Source: an uncultured Trueperaceae bacterium
GTDB taxonomy: Bacteria > Deinococcota > Deinococci > Deinococcales > Trueperaceae
NCBI GenBank assembly: GCA_963727505.1
Contig: CAVSGP010000004.1
Coordinates: 320,001 to 384,000 of the forward strand
Direction of reading: 5' to 3'
DNA: 64,000 nucleotides
Under the pieces are notes generated by a model. It was not told the DNA's origin. It did no database searches and saw only the letters and a program-made list of their open reading frames with translations. The position numbers and the translations under genes were made by a program. The stretch's first letter is position 1, and the number at the start of each line of letters is the position of its first letter. Shown one piece after another: positions 39,022-51,412 of this stretch.

Positions 39022-39909
39022 TCACGCCGGCATGCGCACCAGCAGCGCGTAGCGTTCCACGGTCGTGAAGCCCAGCGACATCAGGATGTCGATCAGCTTC
39101 GGGTCGGACGTGCTGAGTTCGGCCACCATCGTGCCGAACGGGCTGACGCCCGCCAGCTCGTTCAGGGTGGAGACCACCAGGCGCCTGAGCATCTCGCTCG
39201 ATTCCCGGTGCTCCTGCAGCACGCCCACACCGTTCAACATGTAACCGGCGTCCAGGCCACGCCGTTCAGCGCCGCAGAAGGCATAGCCGACCGGCTCCTG
39301 GTCGAGCGTCTCACGCGCCACGAACCAGAGGTCGGGCCGGAACGAACCATGTCGGCGCTTCAGGTAGGCCCAGAGGCGATCACTGACGCGGCGGGCTTCG
39401 GCCCGCTCATAGAGATCCCGGAACGCCCGGTCGACCGGCAGGGACCAGGACTCCAACACCAGCGGCAGGCCCAGCGGAGGAACATCGGCGAGCTCGAAGC
39501 GCACCCGTCGGATCTCGTCGGGCAGGAAGCCGAGGGGTTCCAGGACGGACGCCAGTTCGGTCGACCGACGCTCAGGCACGGCGTGGAGCGGGGCGACCGC
39601 CGCCTCGTGAGGGAAACGCTCGAGCATCGCGCCGATCAAGTCCCGGAGCCCGTCCGGATCGTCGTCGTGCCAGGGGCTGACCAACGTCAGCGTCTGGTCG
39701 TCGTCCTCGGACCCGGGAGAGCGCACGTAGACGCCGGCCGACGGCTCGTTGCCGGCGCCGTTCACGAAGCAACGCGAGGCGTCGGTGGTCGGATCGCGCA
39801 GGCGCGGCGCGAGCCGCTGCGACAATCCACGCGGGTCGGAGTGGCCGAGATAGGCCACCGCCCTGCTCACGAACCAGGCCACCTCGTCGGGCGTGAGGCT
39901 TCGAATCAC
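39022..39909 (-). CDS. Hypothetical protein, possible GNAT-like fold
   Basis: Long ORF with 'PVGYAFC', 'GVGVLQEHR' and 'ILMSLGF'. A TAGACT -10 box lies 8 nt before GTG 39909. Confidence 0.6.
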   Translation of the reverse strand: MIRSLTPDEVAWFVSRAVAYLGHSDPRGLSQRLAPRLRDPTTDASRCFVNGAGNEPSAGVYVRSPGSEDDDQTLTLVSPWHDDDPDGLRDLIGAMLERFPHEAAVAPLHAVPERRSTELASVLEPLGFLPDEIRRVRFELADVPPLGLPLVLESWSLPVDRAFRDLYERAEARRVSDRLWAYLKRRHGSFRPDLWFVARETLDQEPVGYAFCGAERRGLDAGYMLNGVGVLQEHRESSEMLRRLVVSTLNELAGVSPFGTMVAELSTSDPKLIDILMSLGFTTVERYALLVRMPA

Positions 39910-40108
39910 GGTCGACCAGTCTACCCGATGGCTCGCGGCATCCTCGGGCCGAGGCGTGCCCCCACGCCTGCCCACGGACGCGCCGGCGCGCGAGCGCATT
40001 GCGGTGTACCCGCGACCGCCCTGCATGACGGGACCGTTGGCACGGTATGGTGACATGAGTTCACGCTTCTTTGGCGCGGCCGCTCCGCGCCGAAAGGGGG
40101 AAGGTCGG

Positions 40109-41311
40109 ATGCGAACCTTCAAGTTCGTCGTCGCTGCCTTGGTGCTGGCCCTCGTAGGGTTCGGCGCCATGGCCTCCGCTCAAACCATCACCTTCGGTAC
40201 GTCGCTGCAGCTCACCGGCAGCCTCGCCAACACCGGGCGCTACTACAAGGACGCCTTCCAGATGGCGATCGACACCATCAACCAGCAGGGCGGGGTCACG
40301 GTGGGCGGCAAGACCTACCAGCTCGCGCTCAAGGTGCTGGACAACCAGTCGGACAACAACCTCGCCGTGCGCCAGTACACGCAGCTGCTGACGCAGGACA
40401 AGGTCGACTTCCTACTCGGGCCCTACGCGAGCGACTTCGTGCTGGTGACCTCGGCCGTGGCCGAGAAGTACCAGGTCCCCATGATCGAGGGGGGCGGCTC
40501 CTCCGGCCAGATCTTCAGCCGCGGCTACAAGTACATCTTCGGGACCCTCCCGGCCGCCGGCTCCTACTTCAAGAGCACCATCGACATGATGGGCCAGTTG
40601 AACCCGCCCGTGAAGACGATCGGGCTCCTCTACGCCGACGACTCGTTCGACGTCAGCGTCGCCGAGGGCACCAAGAAGCTGGCGCAAGCCGCTGGTATCG
40701 ACGTGGTGCTCGATCAGCGCTACAGCACCAACGCTTCGGACTTCAGCACCGTCATCTCGCAGCTCAAGAGCAAGAACCCTGACGCCGTGCTGGTCGCGGG
40801 GCATGAGACCGAGTCGCTCAACTTCATCCGTCAGGCCAGGAGCCTCAACTTCAGTCCCAAGATGTACTCCTTCACCGTGGGCGTGCCGACCGCCGACTTC
40901 CGTAAAGCGCTCGCCGCCGACGCGAACTACGCTTTCGGCATGACGCCCTGGCTGCCGCTGGCGAGCCTCAAGGACAGCTACTTCGGGGACGCCGCGCAGT
41001 TCGAGCAGGCCTACAACAAGCGCTTCGGCTACGAGCCCGACTACCACGCCGCATCCGGCGTCGCCGATGTCGAGGCCTTCGTGAAGGCGTTCGAAGCGGC
41101 CGGCAGCCTGGATCCGACAGCGGTGCGCGACGCCATCGCCAACGTCTCGTTCGACAGCCTCTACGGGCACGTGGCGTTCGGCGCCACCGGTCAGATCGAC
41201 CTGCCGCAGACCGTCATCCAGGTCCAGGACGGTAAGCTGGCCACCGTGTTCAGCGGTAGCAACTTCGAGACGCAACCCCAGTACCCGATGCCGGCATGGA
41301 GCGCGCGCTAG
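40109..41311 (+). CDS. Branched-chain amino acid-type ABC substrate-binding protein
   Basis: Signal peptide, 'LTGSLANTG', 'INQQGGV' and '[10 protein letters not shown]'. The liv permeases follow. Confidence 0.9.
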   Translation: MRTFKFVVAALVLALVGFGAMASAQTITFGTSLQLTGSLANTGRYYKDAFQMAIDTINQQGGVTVGGKTYQLALKVLDNQSDNNLAVRQYTQLLTQDKVDFLLGPYASDFVLVTSAVAEKYQVPMIEGGGSSGQIFSRGYKYIFGTLPAAGSYFKSTIDMMGQLNPPVKTIGLLYADDSFDVSVAEGTKKLAQAAGIDVVLDQRYSTNASDFSTVISQLKSKNPDAVLVAGHETESLNFIRQARSLNFSPKMYSFTVGVPTADFRKALAADANYAFGMTPWLPLASLKDSYFGDAAQFEQAYNKRFGYEPDYHAASGVADVEAFVKAFEAAGSLDPTAVRDAIANVSFDSLYGHVAFGATGQIDLPQTVIQVQDGKLATVFSGSNFETQPQYPMPAWSAR

Positions 41312-41336
41312 CGCCCTCCGACGCCGGAGTCCGCGT

Positions 41337-41363
41337 GCGGCCCGTCCGTCCAGGACGGGCCGC
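41337..41363 (+). terminator. Stem-loop between the SBP and permease genes
   Basis: 11-bp inverted repeat gcggcccgtcc / ggacgggccgc with a 5-nt loop. Confidence 0.45.
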
Positions 41364-41438
41364 CGCACAGGCGCGCCGCGATCGACCCGGGGGCCGGTCG
41401 CGGCGCCGCCTCGCGCGTACCCTGCGCGGGCCTCGAAC

Positions 41439-42299
41439 GTGCTAGTCCTCCAGGTCCTCACCAACGGCATCCTGCTGGGCGGCCTCTACGCCGTCGTCGC
41501 GCTCGGGCTCGCCCTGGTGTGGGGCGTGCTGGACATCATCAACCTCGCCCACGGCGCCTTCATCATGCTGGGCGGCTACCTCGCCTACTACCTGTTCACC
41601 GGACTCGGTCTCGACCCCTTCGCGGCCCTGCCGCTCGTGATGGCGGCGATGTTCGTCTTCGGTTATCTGATCCAGTGGGGGCTGCTCAACTTCCTGGTCC
41701 GCGCCCCCATGTTCAACATGCTGCTCGTCACCTTCGGCATCGACGTGGTGCTGACCTATCTTGCGCAACTCCTGTTCTCGGCCGACCTGCGGACCATCCG
41801 CCCCGCCTACGCCGGGAGCAACTTCCAGTTCCTGGGCGTCACCATCCCCTGGGCCAACCTGATGGCGTTCGTGGTAGCGATGCTGCTCACCGGCCTGCTG
41901 GCGCTGTTCCTGCAACGCCAGCGCTGGGGACGTGCCATCCGCGCCACCGCCCAGAACCTCGGGGCGGCGCGACTGCACGGCGTCCCTCCCCGCTTCGCCT
42001 ACGCCTTGACGTTCGGCATCGGTGCCGCGCTGGCCGGCGGCGCAGGCACGCTCTACGGTGTCGTCGCCCAGCTCACGCCCTACGTCGGGGTCCCCTTGAC
42101 GGCCAAGTCCTTCGCGATCGCCATCATCGGCGGCCTGGACAACCCGCTCGGCGTCATCGTCGGCGGCATGGTGCTGGGCTTGGCCGAAGCGTTCGGCAGC
42201 CTGTGGCTGGGCCCGACCTACCGTGACGCGGTGAGCCTGGGCCTGCTGGTGCTGGTGCTCATCGTGCGCCCCACCGGCATCCTGGGGAGGGCGGCATGA
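41439..42299 (+). CDS. livH: Branched-chain amino acid ABC permease LivH-like
   Basis: 'NGILLGGLYA..ALGLALVWGV..IINLAHG' and 'GRAIRATAQN'. Confidence 0.88.
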   Translation: MLVLQVLTNGILLGGLYAVVALGLALVWGVLDIINLAHGAFIMLGGYLAYYLFTGLGLDPFAALPLVMAAMFVFGYLIQWGLLNFLVRAPMFNMLLVTFGIDVVLTYLAQLLFSADLRTIRPAYAGSNFQFLGVTIPWANLMAFVVAMLLTGLLALFLQRQRWGRAIRATAQNLGAARLHGVPPRFAYALTFGIGAALAGGAGTLYGVVAQLTPYVGVPLTAKSFAIAIIGGLDNPLGVIVGGMVLGLAEAFGSLWLGPTYRDAVSLGLLVLVLIVRPTGILGRAA

Positions 42300-43243
42300 A
42301 GGCCCTCCCCTGGGTCCTGTCGCTGGTGGCTGTCGCGGCGCTCGCCCTGGTCCCCTTCACGCTCTCCCCGGTGATCGTGCAGTTCGGCATCAGCACGCTG
42401 CTGCTGGCCGTGCTGGCGCAGGGGTGGAACATCATCGGCGGCTTCACCGGCTACGCCTCGTTCGGCAACTCGGTGTTCTACGGCCTCGGTACCTACGGCA
42501 CGGCGGTCGCCATGGTGCAGCTCCATCTGCCGTTCTGGCTGGGGCTGGCGATCGGGGCCGTGGTGGCAGTCGCGTTCGCGCTGCTGCTCGGCCTGCCCGT
42601 GTTGCGCCTGCGAGGCCACTACTTCGCCATCACCACCCTCGCCCTGTCCGAGGCGGTTGCCGCCATCATCTCCAACCTCGACATCGCGGGACGCAACACC
42701 GGCCTGATCCTGCCGCTCATCCGTGGGGACACCATGTTCTACGAGCTCAGCCTGGGGCTGATGGTGCTGGCCACCCTGACCGTGCTGTGGCTGTCGCGCA
42801 GCCGCTTCGGGTTCGGGTTGATCGCCATTCGCGAACGTGAGGACGCTGCCGAGGTCATGGGGATCCCGACGACCCTCTACAAGACGCTCGCCTTCGGGCT
42901 GGCGGCCCTGTTCAGCGCCCTGGCCGGGGGCATCCACGCCTACTGGATCACGTTCATCGACCCCGCCAGCGCCTTCGACATCTCGCTCAACGTGCGCATG
43001 ATCATCATGGCGGTCTTCGGCGGCGCCGGCACCGTCATCGGCCCGGTCGTCGGCGCCCTCCTGCTGTCGGGCGTGTCGGAGGTGCTGGCCTCCTACATCA
43101 CCGGCGTCGCCAGCCTGTTCTTCGGGCTCGTCATCATCGCAGCGGTGGTGTTCACGCCGCGCGGGGTCATCGACGCCATCCGCCGCCTTCCCAGCCGCGG
43201 CCTGGCGACGTTCCTCGACTCGGTCCGGGGGACCCGGCTGTGA
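42296..43243 (+). CDS. livM: Branched-chain amino acid ABC permease LivM-like
   Basis: 'WNIIGGFTGYASFG', 'LRLRGHYFAI' and 'IREREDAAEVMGI'. Confidence 0.88.
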   Translation: MKALPWVLSLVAVAALALVPFTLSPVIVQFGISTLLLAVLAQGWNIIGGFTGYASFGNSVFYGLGTYGTAVAMVQLHLPFWLGLAIGAVVAVAFALLLGLPVLRLRGHYFAITTLALSEAVAAIISNLDIAGRNTGLILPLIRGDTMFYELSLGLMVLATLTVLWLSRSRFGFGLIAIREREDAAEVMGIPTTLYKTLAFGLAALFSALAGGIHAYWITFIDPASAFDISLNVRMIIMAVFGGAGTVIGPVVGALLLSGVSEVLASYITGVASLFFGLVIIAAVVFTPRGVIDAIRRLPSRGLATFLDSVRGTRL

Positions 43244-43983
43244 CGGTGCAGCCCGGCGCCCTCTTCGAGGCGCGCCATGTCACCAAGCGCTACGGCGGCC
43301 TCGTGGCTGTGTCGGACGTGTCCTTCCGCCACGCAGAGGGCGAGATCCTGGGCCTCATCGGCCCCAACGGCGCCGGCAAGACGACCCTCATCAACCTGAT
43401 CAGCGGCACGCAGGAACCCACCAGCGGAGCGCTGCTGTTCGAAGGACGTTCCCTGCGGGGGGTCCCCCCCTACCGCCGCGCCCACCTGGGCATCGGCCGC
43501 ACCTTCCAGATCATGAAGCCGTTCCCCGGCCTGAGCGTCCTCGACAACGTCACCGCCGGCGCTCTCTTCGGCCGCCGGCCGGAACGCGCCATGGCCTCGG
43601 CACGCGCCGCGGCAGCTCACTGGCTGGAGTTCGTGGGGCTCGGCGACAAGCTCGACCAACCCGCCGACGCCCTCGGCGGACCCGACCGCAAGCGTCTGGA
43701 GCTGGCCAAGGCCCTGGCGCTGAAACCCCGGCTGCTGTTGCTCGACGAGGTGATGGCCGGGCTCAACACGGTGGAGATCGACGAAGTGGTCGACCTCATC
43801 CGCCGCATCCGTGACAGCGGCACCACCATCCTGGTCATCGAGCACGTGGTGAAGGCCATCCGCCAGCTCTCGGACCGGCTGCTGGTGCTGCAGTACGGTC
43901 AGCTCATCGCCGAAGGCACGGCCGAGGACGTGCTCGACGATCCCAAGGTGATCGAAGCGTACCTGGGCAGGAGGCGGCACTAG
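43240..43983 (+). CDS. livG: ABC ATPase LivG-like
   Basis: GPNGAGKTT, 'GIGRTFQ', 'LLDEVMAGL' and 'VIEAYLG'. Confidence 0.9.
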   Translation: MTVQPGALFEARHVTKRYGGLVAVSDVSFRHAEGEILGLIGPNGAGKTTLINLISGTQEPTSGALLFEGRSLRGVPPYRRAHLGIGRTFQIMKPFPGLSVLDNVTAGALFGRRPERAMASARAAAAHWLEFVGLGDKLDQPADALGGPDRKRLELAKALALKPRLLLLDEVMAGLNTVEIDEVVDLIRRIRDSGTTILVIEHVVKAIRQLSDRLLVLQYGQLIAEGTAEDVLDDPKVIEAYLGRRRH

Positions 43984-44691
43984 ATGGCGCTTCTGGAGGT
44001 CTCCGGCCTGAGCGCGGGCTACGGCGACGCGGTGGTCTTGCACGACCTGGAGCTGCGCGTGGAGGAGGGCGAGATCGTCGCCGTCGTCGGCAGCAACGGC
44101 GCCGGCAAGACGACGCTGCTGCGCGCCCTGTCCGGCGTGATCCCCAGCCGCGGCGAGGTCCGCTTCGCCGACCGGCCGGCGTCGTCGATCAGCCCCGACG
44201 AGGCGTTCGGCCGCGGCCTGGTGCAGGTCCCCGAAGGGCGTCAACTGTTCGACCGCATGACGGTGGAGGACAACCTGCGGATGGGCGCGTTCCGACGGCG
44301 CGACGCCGCGGCGGTGCGGCGCGACTTCGAGCGGATGTACGAGCTCTTCCCCGTCCTGGCCGAGCGGCGGCGCCAGCTCGCCGGCGACATGTCGGGCGGG
44401 GAGCAGCAGATGTGCGCCATGGCGCGCGGACTGATGGCGGCGCCCCGCCTGCTGATGGTCGACGAGATGAGCCTGGGCCTGGCGCCGGTGATCGTGGAGC
44501 GACTGCTGGAGGTGCTCGGCGACATCCACGAGCAAGGAGTCACGGTGCTGCTGGTCGAGCAGGACGTCAACAGCGCGCTCTCCATCGCGCATCGCGGCTA
44601 CGTACTCGAGCACGGGAAAGTGGCCCTGACGGGAAACGCGGACAGCCTGCTCGACGACCCGCGCGTCAAGGAGGCGTACCTCGGCTTGTGA
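43984..44691 (+). CDS. livF: ABC ATPase LivF-like
   Basis: GSNGAGKTT, 'VPEGRQLF', 'MSGGEQQM' and 'DEMSLGLAP'. Confidence 0.9.
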   Translation: MALLEVSGLSAGYGDAVVLHDLELRVEEGEIVAVVGSNGAGKTTLLRALSGVIPSRGEVRFADRPASSISPDEAFGRGLVQVPEGRQLFDRMTVEDNLRMGAFRRRDAAAVRRDFERMYELFPVLAERRRQLAGDMSGGEQQMCAMARGLMAAPRLLMVDEMSLGLAPVIVERLLEVLGDIHEQGVTVLLVEQDVNSALSIAHRGYVLEHGKVALTGNADSLLDDPRVKEAYLGL

Positions 44692-44750
44692 AGCGTGCGT
44701 GTGTTGCGCACTGGTAGCATGTCGGCCGTGACCGACGCCGAGGATCTCCC

Positions 44751-45290
44751 GTGAGCCGCCCCCGCATCCTGGGCGGTAGCGCCAAGGGCCGCGAGCTCGA
44801 CGCTCCGCGCCGCGGAACGCGGCCGAGCCCGTCGCGGCTGCGTGAGGCGCTCTTCGACATCCTCGCGTTCGAAGAAGTAGGCCCCTTCCTCGATCTCTTC
44901 AGCGGCTCCGGCGCGGTCGGGCTGGAAGCCGCCAGCCGCGGCTGGGACGCCACCTGCGTCGATCTGTCGCGTGAGGCGGTCAGCGTCATCCGTCGCAACG
45001 CCGCCCGCGCCGCCCTGCAAGTCGAGGTGGTCCGGGGCGACGCATTGCGATTCGCGCGCGAGCACCGGGGCGCCTTCGGCGTGGTGTTCGCTGCACCGCC
45101 CTACGATCTGGAACTGACGCCCGTCTTCCAGGCGATCCTGGACGCAGGCACGGTACGGGCCGGCGGGCTCTACGTGTTCCAGCACCCCAGCCGGGAACCT
45201 CCGTCGCTCGAGCCCCAGGAAGGTCTGGAGGCGCGGCGCGAGAAGCGATACGGGACCAATGCCGTGACGTTGTTTCGCCGTTCGCGCTGA
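44751..45290 (+). CDS. rsmD: 16S rRNA m2G966 methyltransferase RsmD family
   Basis: 'RILGGSAKGR', 'TRPS..RLREALF', 'LDLFSGSGAVGLEAASRG', 'APPY' and 'YGT'. Confidence 0.85.
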   Translation: MSRPRILGGSAKGRELDAPRRGTRPSPSRLREALFDILAFEEVGPFLDLFSGSGAVGLEAASRGWDATCVDLSREAVSVIRRNAARAALQVEVVRGDALRFAREHRGAFGVVFAAPPYDLELTPVFQAILDAGTVRAGGLYVFQHPSREPPSLEPQEGLEARREKRYGTNAVTLFRRSR

Positions 45291-45440
45291 GGCCCCCGCA
45301 GCACCCACGGAACGCCCCGGAACCCTGTCTCCGACTACCGGCAGGCCTGTGAGGGCGTGCTAGAGTAGCATGTTACCGTCGCGCCCGGAGACGGGTAAGG
45401 CACGAGTACCGCCCCGCCGGCGCGCGCTGGAAGGTCTTGA

Positions 45441-48203
<2,763 letters not shown>

Positions 48204-48230
<27 letters not shown>

Positions 48231-48426
48231 GAACGACAACGGGCAATGCATCCCCACCCGGCAATGCCCATTGCCATGGGAGGGCCGCCGCTTAGGAACG
48301 ACAACGGGCGATGCATCCCCCACCCGGCAATGCCCATTGCCATGGGCGGGCCGCAGCCTGACAGCAACCTCAGGCGGCGTCACGTTGCGCGGCAATGCCC
48401 ATTGCCACGGGAGGGCCGCAGCCTAG
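48204..48426 (+). repeat. Four copies of the 27-nt secA 3' end at a 65-66 bp period
   Basis: Copies at 48204-48230, 48269-48295, 48335-48361 and 48400-48426. Copies 2-4 are each preceded by cggcaatgcc. Confidence 0.92.
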
Positions 48427-48568
48427 GGGGACCGCCGGCGGCGCGCCCCGCGAATCCGCCTAGACTGTCCGCGGCCCGCCATCGAGCGGGCCGCTTCAAC
48501 GTGCTGCGGCCGCGGGGCCGGCGCCCGCCCGTCGGCCGACGCCCCTACTCTGCTAAGCTGAGCGCCGC

Positions 48569-49459
48569 ATGGACTTCGTCCGCAGCCTGCACGACCGCAT
48601 CCGCGCCACGGACTCGCGCGTCTGTCTCGGCATCGACCCGCGCCCCGCGCTGAGTCCGCTGACCGATCCGGCGCGGCTCGACGACGACGCCGAGCGCGTT
48701 GCCCACGCGGTCGAGGCGAGCTTCGCCGCCATCTTGCGTGCCAGCGCAGACGCCATCGCCTGCTGCAAGCCGCAGGTCGCCTTCTTCGAGGCCCTGGGCC
48801 TGCCGGGGCTGCGTGCGCTTGTCGGGCTGCTGCGTACGGCCCGCGAACTCGGGGTACCGGTGATCCTCGACGGCAAACGCGGCGATATCGGCAGCACCGC
48901 CGAGGCGTACGCGCACGCCTACCTGGCGAACGGCACGTTCGCTGCCGACGCCCTCACCGTCAATGCCTACCTGGGGCTCGACACCCTCGAACCCTTCCTC
49001 GACGCCGCACTGGAGCACGGCCGGGGGCTCTTCGTGGTACTCAAGACCTCGAACCCGGGCAGTGCCGACCTGCAGGACCTCGTCCTCGCCGACGGCCGCC
49101 TGCTCCACGAGGCCCTCGCCGACCGGCTAGCGGCACGGGCGAGCGACCTTCCCCGCGGTCCGGACGGCTACAGCGCTCTCGGCGTCGTGGTCGGCGCGAC
49201 CTATCCGGAGGCGCTGGCGGCACTGCGGAGTCGCGTCCCCGCCAGCGTCGTGCTGGTCCCCGGATACGGCGTCCAGGGCGGGCGAGCCGGGGACGTCGCC
49301 GCCGCCTTCGACGCCGACGGTCTCGGAGCCGTGGTGAGCGCCAGCAGGTCCCTCACCTACCTTCCAGCGACGAACGAGCAGGAGCTCGCTTCAGCCGCCC
49401 TGGCGGCCGTCCGGGAGATGCGCGACGCCATCAATCGCGCACTCGACGCGCGCGCCTGA
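48569..49459 (+). CDS. pyrF: Orotidine-5'-phosphate decarboxylase
   Basis: 'CLGIDP', 'KPQVAFFE', 'ILDGKRGDIGSTAEAYA', 'KTSNPGS', 'VVGAT' and 'PGYGVQGG'. Confidence 0.95.
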   Translation: MDFVRSLHDRIRATDSRVCLGIDPRPALSPLTDPARLDDDAERVAHAVEASFAAILRASADAIACCKPQVAFFEALGLPGLRALVGLLRTARELGVPVILDGKRGDIGSTAEAYAHAYLANGTFAADALTVNAYLGLDTLEPFLDAALEHGRGLFVVLKTSNPGSADLQDLVLADGRLLHEALADRLAARASDLPRGPDGYSALGVVVGATYPEALAALRSRVPASVVLVPGYGVQGGRAGDVAAAFDADGLGAVVSASRSLTYLPATNEQELASAALAAVREMRDAINRALDARA

Positions 49460-49486
49460 CGCACCTCGCGGCTCAGGAACCGCCCG

Positions 49487-50401
49487 TCAGGGCGTCTTCA
49501 TGTAGCTGAGGAAGCGTGTGGGCGACATGTTCGTCCGCAGCTTGGGGAGCAGCCCGAGGACGGTCCGGAACCCCACCTCCGGGCCATCGAACACCGCAGC
49601 GTAGCTGTCGAGGCTCTCGACCAGCGCCGTGCGGAACGCGAAGGTTTCGAGCTCCTTACCGGCCGCGACCTGCTTGGGCCAGCTCGCGACGCCGCCGGGA
49701 ACACTGCCCACCACGTACATGCGCGATTGGTTGGTCGCCAGGAAGAGCTGCGAGGCGTCCCGCTCAGGCGCCATCACGTAGCTGGAGATGTGCACGGCGC
49801 AGTCGCCCATGTGTTGCAACACCGGCTTCGGTCCGTTCGCCAGCGTGACGTCGTTCCTGGGGTGCAGCACGATGAGCCGCGGGTACACGGTCCAGTTCCA
49901 GATGATGGCCCAGAAGGCAATGCGCTTCGGATCGTTGGGGTCGGAGGCGAGCAGGGCGGCCGGGCGGATCGCCTGCGACACGCGATCGAGCGCCGTGCCA
50001 CCGTCGAGGAGAAGGTCGCTGACGCGCGCGGGCGCATGGACCGGGAAGGGCTTCACCTTGTACCAGCTCTGGAAGCGGTCGAGCATGGCCTGCCAGGTCT
50101 TGGCGTCGATGGGACCCGGCTTCCAGCTCCCGGGCAGCAACCGGCGTTCGGCCAGGTAGAGCACGTCGGCGTAGTGCGGAGCGTCCTTGGCGATCGGGAC
50201 GTCGTTCACGGCGACCATGCGGGGCAGGGCCGGCTCCACCAGGCGGACCGCCCGCTCCACCACCAGCGCCGCGTCGACCCCGGTCGCGGGCCGGTCGGTA
50301 CTCAGATCGGTGAGCGCGTCACGGAGCTCCGGGACGCAGATCGGGGCGGCGGCGGCCGAGGACACGAGAACCGCGAGGAGGAGGAGAAGGAAACGCCGCA
50401 T
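49487..50401 (-). CDS. Secreted hypothetical protein
   Basis: Signal peptide MRRFLLLLLAVLVSSAAAA. A TAGACT -10 box lies 6 nt before the ATG. No family recognised. Confidence 0.7.
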   Translation of the reverse strand: MRRFLLLLLAVLVSSAAAAPICVPELRDALTDLSTDRPATGVDAALVVERAVRLVEPALPRMVAVNDVPIAKDAPHYADVLYLAERRLLPGSWKPGPIDAKTWQAMLDRFQSWYKVKPFPVHAPARVSDLLLDGGTALDRVSQAIRPAALLASDPNDPKRIAFWAIIWNWTVYPRLIVLHPRNDVTLANGPKPVLQHMGDCAVHISSYVMAPERDASQLFLATNQSRMYVVGSVPGGVASWPKQVAAGKELETFAFRTALVESLDSYAAVFDGPEVGFRTVLGLLPKLRTNMSPTRFLSYMKTP

Positions 50402-50469
50402 GGCCCGAGTCTATCGGGCCATGCGGCGTGCGTCATGTGAGGCACCGGCACATCCTGCGCCGGCGTAGC

Positions 50470-51297
50470 TCAGTAGGAGAGGTCGTACCGGCTCACGCCG
50501 GAAGAGCCCGCATATCCGTTGACGGACTGGACCATCAGGTAGTCCCCGGCCAGGACCGAGATGGTCGCGGAGTTCGAGGGGCTGTACGTGTTGATATAGT
50601 CACCGTTGCTGGCGTACAGCTCCGCCTCCAACGAGATCGCGCTCGACACCTTGGTGAAGGTCAGGTTACCTGTTGACGAGATGTGCCACCAGTCAACGTC
50701 ACCGAGCGTCTCGATCGCCCCGGAGTCCGGCGAACCGGAGTACAGCGGCACTGCCCCCGACCGCACATCGTTCCCGCTCTCGTAGGAATCCTGATAGTCG
50801 TAGCCGTAGGCGTACAAGTCAACGGTGGTGGACGAGCTACCCGTGTTCTCGATCCCAACATAGACGTGGCTCTCGCCGCTCATCGGCCAGATGACGCACG
50901 AGCCATGGCAGTTGTAGTTGACTCCGACGGCCTGCGGCGCAAGCCCTCCGGCCGCCGAGAGCGACGTCAGACCCACGGTGCCCGACGCGAAGAAGCCGGA
51001 GCTGTGGCTCGACGCCAGGGTGTGGTAGGTACTGTAGCTGATGAGGCTCAGGTTCAGGTTCGAGTCGAGCTCGACGTAGAGCAACGGGTGCGCCCTAACC
51101 GAGCTGGGGAGCGCGACGTCGAAGTAGACGGTCGAGTTCCCGGGCACGGTCACGTTCGGAGCGACCGGCGTCGTGTTGTCGGTGTTCGCCGTCGCCGGGT
51201 CTGGATTGGGAGGCGCACTGTAGGTGACGGTGATGGTACAAGCCGCCAGGACGCCTGCGAGCATGAGGAGCGCTGCGAAGAGTCCGAATCGTCTCAT
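50470..51297 (-). CDS. Ser/Thr/Tyr-rich lipoprotein with PPC-like beta-sandwich domain(s)
   Basis: Lipobox 'VLAAC' and 'DSYESGND...GAIETLGDVDWW...ELYASNG...YDLSY'. GGAGG RBS present. Confidence 0.65.
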   Translation of the reverse strand: MRRFGLFAALLMLAGVLAACTITVTYSAPPNPDPATANTDNTTPVAPNVTVPGNSTVYFDVALPSSVRAHPLLYVELDSNLNLSLISYSTYHTLASSHSSGFFASGTVGLTSLSAAGGLAPQAVGVNYNCHGSCVIWPMSGESHVYVGIENTGSSSTTVDLYAYGYDYQDSYESGNDVRSGAVPLYSGSPDSGAIETLGDVDWWHISSTGNLTFTKVSSAISLEAELYASNGDYINTYSPSNSATISVLAGDYLMVQSVNGYAGSSGVSRYDLSY

Positions 51298-51412
51298 GAT
51301 GGAGCCTCCTTGTCGCAGTGTAGCGAGCCCACACGGACCGCGGTTGCGAGCACCTTCACCCTTCACTCATGACGGGTCTGAAATGCCGCTCTGCACCGTC
51401 GCCTTCGCCCCC

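Noticed and set aside
48259..48426. CRISPR array (37-bp palindromic repeats with 28-29 bp spacers)
   Set aside because: The repeat is mostly the secA coding 3' end with synonymous variation, two spacers are near-identical, and there is no AT-rich leader or cas gene in the window.
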